Below are positions 51,201-57,200 of a stretch of 64,000 nt of DNA, piece by piece. Position 1 is the stretch's first letter. Each line of letters opens with the position of its first letter. Origin of the DNA: Leucoraja ocellata (taxonomy: Eukaryota). The position numbers and the translations under genes are program-made. The notes beneath the pieces are model-generated. The model did no database searches. It saw only the letters and a program-made list of their open reading frames with translations, and was not told where the DNA came from. The stretch is from positions 310,001 to 374,000 of the forward strand of contig JAWMAR010000423.1 in the NCBI GenBank assembly GCA_036785375.1, read 5' to 3'.

Positions 51201-54200
51201 TCCATCTGATTCTTCTTCCGCTGCTAGTTCCTTGCGAATCTTTATCCCCTGTTTCTTCTCATATTTGCACTTATCTCCTCTCTCCTTTCTCCTTTCCACT
51301 TCTCCCTTTCCCTGCTCCTCTCCTCCTCCCCCGATTCTCTGTGCTTCTCCCCCTTCCCCACCCCACTGTCTTGTGGTTGATTAGCGGAGTGTCGACGGGT
51401 TCACAGGGGGAGTGAGTGGACTGTCTGAGCAGATAGCCAGAAAGCTTCAGCAGCAAATTCAGCCTGTGCGCCCTGTGGACAGGAAAGAGTGGGTAAGCAT
51501 TCTCCTGCCAGTGCAGGGCTGTTGGTGGGGTGGGTACCACATGTCAAATGTTCCACTGCAGGGCAGCATATAGCGAGGTGGGCAGAGGTGGCTGGTGTAC
51601 AGTGGCTACAGGTCTGGGTCAGGGTTGGGTGTAGGGATGGGGGGGGGGGGGGTGGATGGATGTTGGGTGCCTGGTGGGGGTGAGCGGGGGGGTATAGCGT
51701 TCTGGCACGTTGGGGTGCAGGGTGCTGTAGGGGGTGAAGGTGGGTTGTAGAGTCCCAAGGGTGTGGGGATAGTGGGTGTGTGGTCTGGTGGTGGTAGGGG
51801 TGGGATGTAGAAGCCTGGCAGGGGTGAGAGGGTTGTGGGAGAAATGGTGGGGATGATTGTGTGCAGGGTGCCTGTAGGCGGTGGGAATGGTGTGCAGAGT
51901 AACTAAGGGGGTGGGGGCGGGGGGGATTGGTGTGTGGGTTTTGTGTAAAGGTGAGAGTGGGTGCAGGGCCCCAGGGTGGGTGGGTGTAGGGGCCACTGTG
52001 GATGAGTGCAAGGGGCCCCAGTGTGGAAAAGTGGGTGCAGAGACCTGGTGTGGGTGAAAATGGGTGCAGGAGGTGGGGGCGGGGGGGAAGTGCTGTCTTG
52101 GGGGTTTAGGGCATTAGCTTTGCATGGGAGGGGCAGCGTGTGCATATAGGCCACGAGATCTGGCGGGCCAGAGTCTAGCAGAAGGCCTCCATGACAATGG
52201 TGCCCAGCCAATCGTGTAAAAGACCTGCAGCACCTCACAATCCAGCCCTGCCATTTTGTGGAGTTTACCGGGAATCTCATCACTGCTGGAAACAAGCAAC
52301 CTCCTGGCGTCAGTCTTCCAGTGAGTGGGAGCTGATCAGAAGGCCAGCCTCGGGGCACGACTATAGCCTGACCACCAGAGGGGAAGTTGTGGGTAACGTG
52401 GTGGAGGGGTGGAGTGGCCAGGAGTCTCCACCAGCTTTGCCTCATAAAAAGAAATGCAAAACCAAAAGATGCAGTCAATCCAAAAGACAGACATGAATGG
52501 TCAGAAACTCTGTAGGTCATGGAGCATCTGTGGAGAGGAATGTTCGTGTCAACACCATTTCATCTGAGCCAAACAGCTGAGTATTTCCAGCTGTTTTATC
52601 CGGTGAAGAAGGCATGTTCATTCACCTTTCCAAACCTCAGCTCTCCAGCTAATGAAATATCTCAGAACCTTAGTCACTCTTGGTTGGAAATACCACAGCC
52701 TGTTTGCGGCCGTTAGCTCTGGCAGACCAGTAGTAGGGTCACCGAGGAAGATAGGTAGTGGCCTGAGTCATATCACAGGATGGGGCTGGACTAGTTCAGG
52801 ACCTCACTTGCACTTCAGTCTGGACTAACGTGCGTTATCTCTGCTCTGTGGCTGGACTTTTGGCCAGGGACATTCTTATTTGGGACATTAGAAAAAGTTT
52901 ACTGCTCCCTTACTATCAGAATGAATAACACAGCGTATACCATGGAACTCTTTCTTAATGCGTCAGGTTGCATTCCATAGGATGTAGTCCAGATTTTCCA
53001 ATCTACGCTGAGGATGAACTCTCAATCTTCCAATCTTCTTGTGACCTTTGCACTTTGTTCTCTAATTTTCTCTATCGCTGCAAGACTATTCTTCACTCTG
53101 TTTGTTGTTTGTACTACATGATGTATTCTAGCATATGGTATGATCTGCCTGGTTAACAAAGTTCAAGTCAACAGGGTTTAATTGTCGTATGTACCAAAAA
53201 CAGAACAATGGGATTCTTGCATCAGCAGTTATGCACTGTAACTCGCTACATATGACAACAATGAACCATACCAACACCAGGTGACAGTCCAGCTCTACTT
53301 GCAGTTTGGTTGAGCTTAATACAGCTGCTTGAAGTGCTAGAGCCACACAATCAGGCTGTGACCCTTTACATAGACCCAGTGAAAGCTGAGTCATGCCTTC
53401 CTGGGGCAAAACCGGTACTTGAGGCCAGTAAAAAGGCAAGAGATTTGCTGTGTAGGAAGGAAATGCAGATGCTGGTTTAAAGTGAAGATAGACACAAAAT
53501 GCTGGAATAACTCAACGGGACAGGCAGCATCTCTGGAGGGAAGGAACGGGTGATATTTTGGTTCAAGACCCTTCTTCTGACTGATGTCAGGGGAGAGGGA
53601 GATACATAGATAAGGAAGTGTATGATGTGAAAACAGGACAAAGGGGATGGAGATCAAGGAATATGTAGAATAGATCATTGTTAGCTAGGAGAAGGTAACA
53701 ACAAAGCAAACAGAGATAATATGTAATCGGAGTCCGTCAGACTGGTCGGGGAACTGGGAAGAGGGGAGGGATGGAGAGAGGGGGAAAGCAAGGGTTACGT
53801 GATTAGATAAGTCAATGTTCATACCACTGGGGTGTAAGCTGATTAGCTTGCTGGGAGCAGTTGCTGTCGGAGGCCTGGGTGTGTAGGTTGGTGCTCCAGT
53901 GACAGGTCCCTGGTGGATGTGATGGAGAGGGAGGTGGGTGGTTCACGGGCCCCTGCTCCCCCGCTGCTCCATCAGTCTTGCTGCAGTGATCTGTCTGTCT
54001 CTTTGCAGCACTCAACGAAGCGGAAAGAGTTCTCCTCAGAGTTCGGCGGCAGTGATGTCTGCTATTTCTGTGGGAAGCGTGTCTACGTGATGGAGCGGTT
54101 GAGTGCTGAAGGGAAGTTCTTCCATCGCGGCTGCTTCAAGTGCGACTACTGCTGCGAGACCCTCCGCCTCTCCACCTATGCCTTTAACCCAGAGAATGGT

Positions 54201-57200
54201 AAGACCACTGCAAAAACCATAGAAGGGCAGAGCAGGAGTTTTAGATGGCATGCCTCAGGGTGTTTTAAATTGCAGAAAAGTGGCAGCCAATCTGAGCAGA
54301 ACCAGCGGGAAAGTGAAAGTGCCCAGTTAATTTATTTTTGTGAAGTAAGCTGTAAGCTGAGTTGAAAGCTGCTCAGGCTTTCAAGGGGAATTCCCATGTC
54401 TGAATAACATTGCAAATGAGCCAACTTGAGAGATGGACCCAATCTTGGTTAAGTGTCTATGCAGCAGACCAGCATGGGGATGGGGGTGACGGGGGCGGGG
54501 GGGGGGGGGGGGGGTCATCTGAGAATTCAGCTAAACACTCCTAGGCACAAGCCTGAGCTGACAACCGATTCCTTCATACAAAAATAAATCCTCTGCTCAT
54601 TATTACATTGTGACCTATATTGATTAGCGGTGGCATGGTGGCGCTGCGGTAGAGTTTCTGCCTTACAGCGTCAGAAACCCGGGTTCGATCCTGACTAAGG
54701 ATGCTGTCTGTGTGGAGTTTGTACATTCTCCCCATAGCCCACGTGGGTTTTCACCAGTAGCTCTCCCCTTACACGCCAAAGATATACAGGTTTGGAGTTT
54801 AATTGGCTTGGTAAATTTGTAAATTGTCCCCAGTGTGTGGGGGTGATCGCTGGTCAGCGTGGACTCGGTGGGCCGAAAGGCCTGTGTCCGTGCTGTATCT
54901 CTAAACTAAACTAAATTAAACTATTACTCAGTTGCCCTGTAACGATCGTTAACCATGCATGCTGTGACAATTACTGCCTGATTTCTCTGATGACTATTAC
55001 CCAGTTACTCTGCCTGGATTATTACACAATTACTCTACGGTGATTATTACCTGGTTACTCTGATGATTATTATCGTGAATATTAACCTAGCTACTTTGTG
55101 GTCATTATTACCTGGGTATCCCGGTACTGTACAGTGAGTGTAACCTTGTATCTTTGCACTGAAGTTTTCAGATATTTTATCAAAATATTGTGGAGATGCT
55201 GGAAATAAATGAAAGACACTAAATCAGACAGTCTCTGTGGAAAGAGGAAGACTTGGTACTTCTTGTCATAATATCTGTGTGGTGTGATTACACAGTGTAA
55301 TGATTACTGATCAGCCATTGATGGTACAATGTCTGATTCACAGATCACAAATGGTTAGTGTGTCCGACTGGGGTTTGTAATGTCCGATTACTTCAAAGTG
55401 CCTGCTGCAGGGAACTGCATGCCAAATGTTGCTTGGTCACCATATTGCCCTGCCCGCTTTATGTATGGTGATGCGGGTTTTGATGGCCAGTGGCTGTAAT
55501 ATTGCTGAACCAAACTCTGTTGTTTTCCAGGAAAATTCTACTGTAAGCCTCATTTCCGGCAGGCAGGGCGAGAGGCCAGAAAGAGACCAGCAACACCTCC
55601 AGCAAGAGCCCAGGTACCAGTGCATGCTTGGCAAAGTTTGATATATGGGAGGGATTTTGTCACTGTTCCTCAATTTAAGTAGGGATAAACCATAGGCCAG
55701 TGAGACTTCCGTCAGTGGTAGGGAACTATTGGAGAGAATTATTCGGGGTAGGATTAACGCGCATTTAGACAGTCAACAAGGCTTTATGTGGGGCAGGTCA
55801 TGGCTTACTAACTTGAATTAGTTTTTTCAGGAAGTGTTTCAGTTTAGTTTATTGTCACATGTACCGAGGTACAGCGAGAAGCTTTTGTTACGTGCTAACC
55901 TGTCAGCAGAAAGACAATACATGGTTACAATCGATCCATTTACAGTGTATAGATACATGATTAGTGCAAGGTAAAGCCAGCAAAGTCCGATTAAGGTTAG
56001 TCCGAAGGTCACCAAAGAGGTAGATAGTAGTTCAGTACAGCTCTCTGTTTGTGGTAGGGTGATTCCGTTGCCTGATAACAGATGGGAAGAAACAGTCCCC
56101 GAATCTGGTGGTGTGCGTTTTAACACTTTTACACCTGTTGCCTGATGGAAGAGGGGAGAAGAGGGAGTGGCCAGGGTGCGACTCATCCGTGATTATGCTG
56201 CTGGCCTTGCTGAGGCAGCGTACGGTATAAATGGTCAATAGAAGGGAGGTCGGTTTTTGTGATGGTCTGGGCTTCATCTCAACTTCTTGTGGTCTTGAAC
56301 GGAGCTGTTCCCAAACCAAGTGGTGATGCATCCTGATAAAATGCTTTCTGTGCTGCACCTGTAGAAGTTGGTGAGAGCTGTAGGGGACATGCCAAACTTC
56401 CTAAGCCTTCTAAGGAAGTAGAGGCGTTGGTGTGCTTTTTTGGTCGTTTCTTTCAATATGGGTGGTCCAGAAGTTTTTGGTGATATTGACTTCGGCCCCG
56501 TGAATGTGTACTGCTTCGCTTCCTGAAGTTGATCACTTTCTCTTTTGTCATGTTGACATTGAGAGAAAGGATGTCATCTCGACACCAGGACACGAGGTTC
56601 TCAATCTCCTTTCTCTACTCCGTCTCATCATTATTTGATATCCGGCCCACAATGGCGGTGTCGTCTGCGAATTTGAAAATTGAATTAGATTTGTACATGG
56701 CTGCACAGTCGTGAGTGTACGGGAGGAGTAAAGAAGGGGGCTGAGAACATATCCTTGCGGAGCCCCCATGTTGAGGATTATCGTGGAGGATGATTTGTCC
56801 CCTACCCTCACTGATTGGGGGCTGTTAGTCAGTACGTCGAGGATCCAGTTGTAGAAATGAGTTTTGATACCAAGCTTGGTGATAAGCTTGGATGGTATAA
56901 TGGTATTAAAGGCAGAGCAGTAGTCTATAAATAAGAGTCTGACGTAAGTGTCTCTCTTATCCAGGTGTTCTAGGGATGAGTGTAGGGCTAGGGCGATAGC
57001 ATTGTTGGTAGACCGGTTGTGGCCGTAGGCAAACTGCAGTGGATCAAGACCACTGGGTAGACTGGATTTAATGCCTCTCAAAACATCTCATAATGGTAGA
57101 TGTCATGGCCACTGGACAGTAGTGATTTTGGCATGAGTGATGATGGTGATTGATGAGTGTAGAGCAGTGGATGTTATATACATGGACTTTAGTAATGCAT

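Noticed and set aside
51619-52520. Pro/His/Thr-rich minus-strand ORFs (130 and 205 aa)
   Set aside because: Largely a by-product of the G/T-rich low-complexity tract; no recognisable domain.
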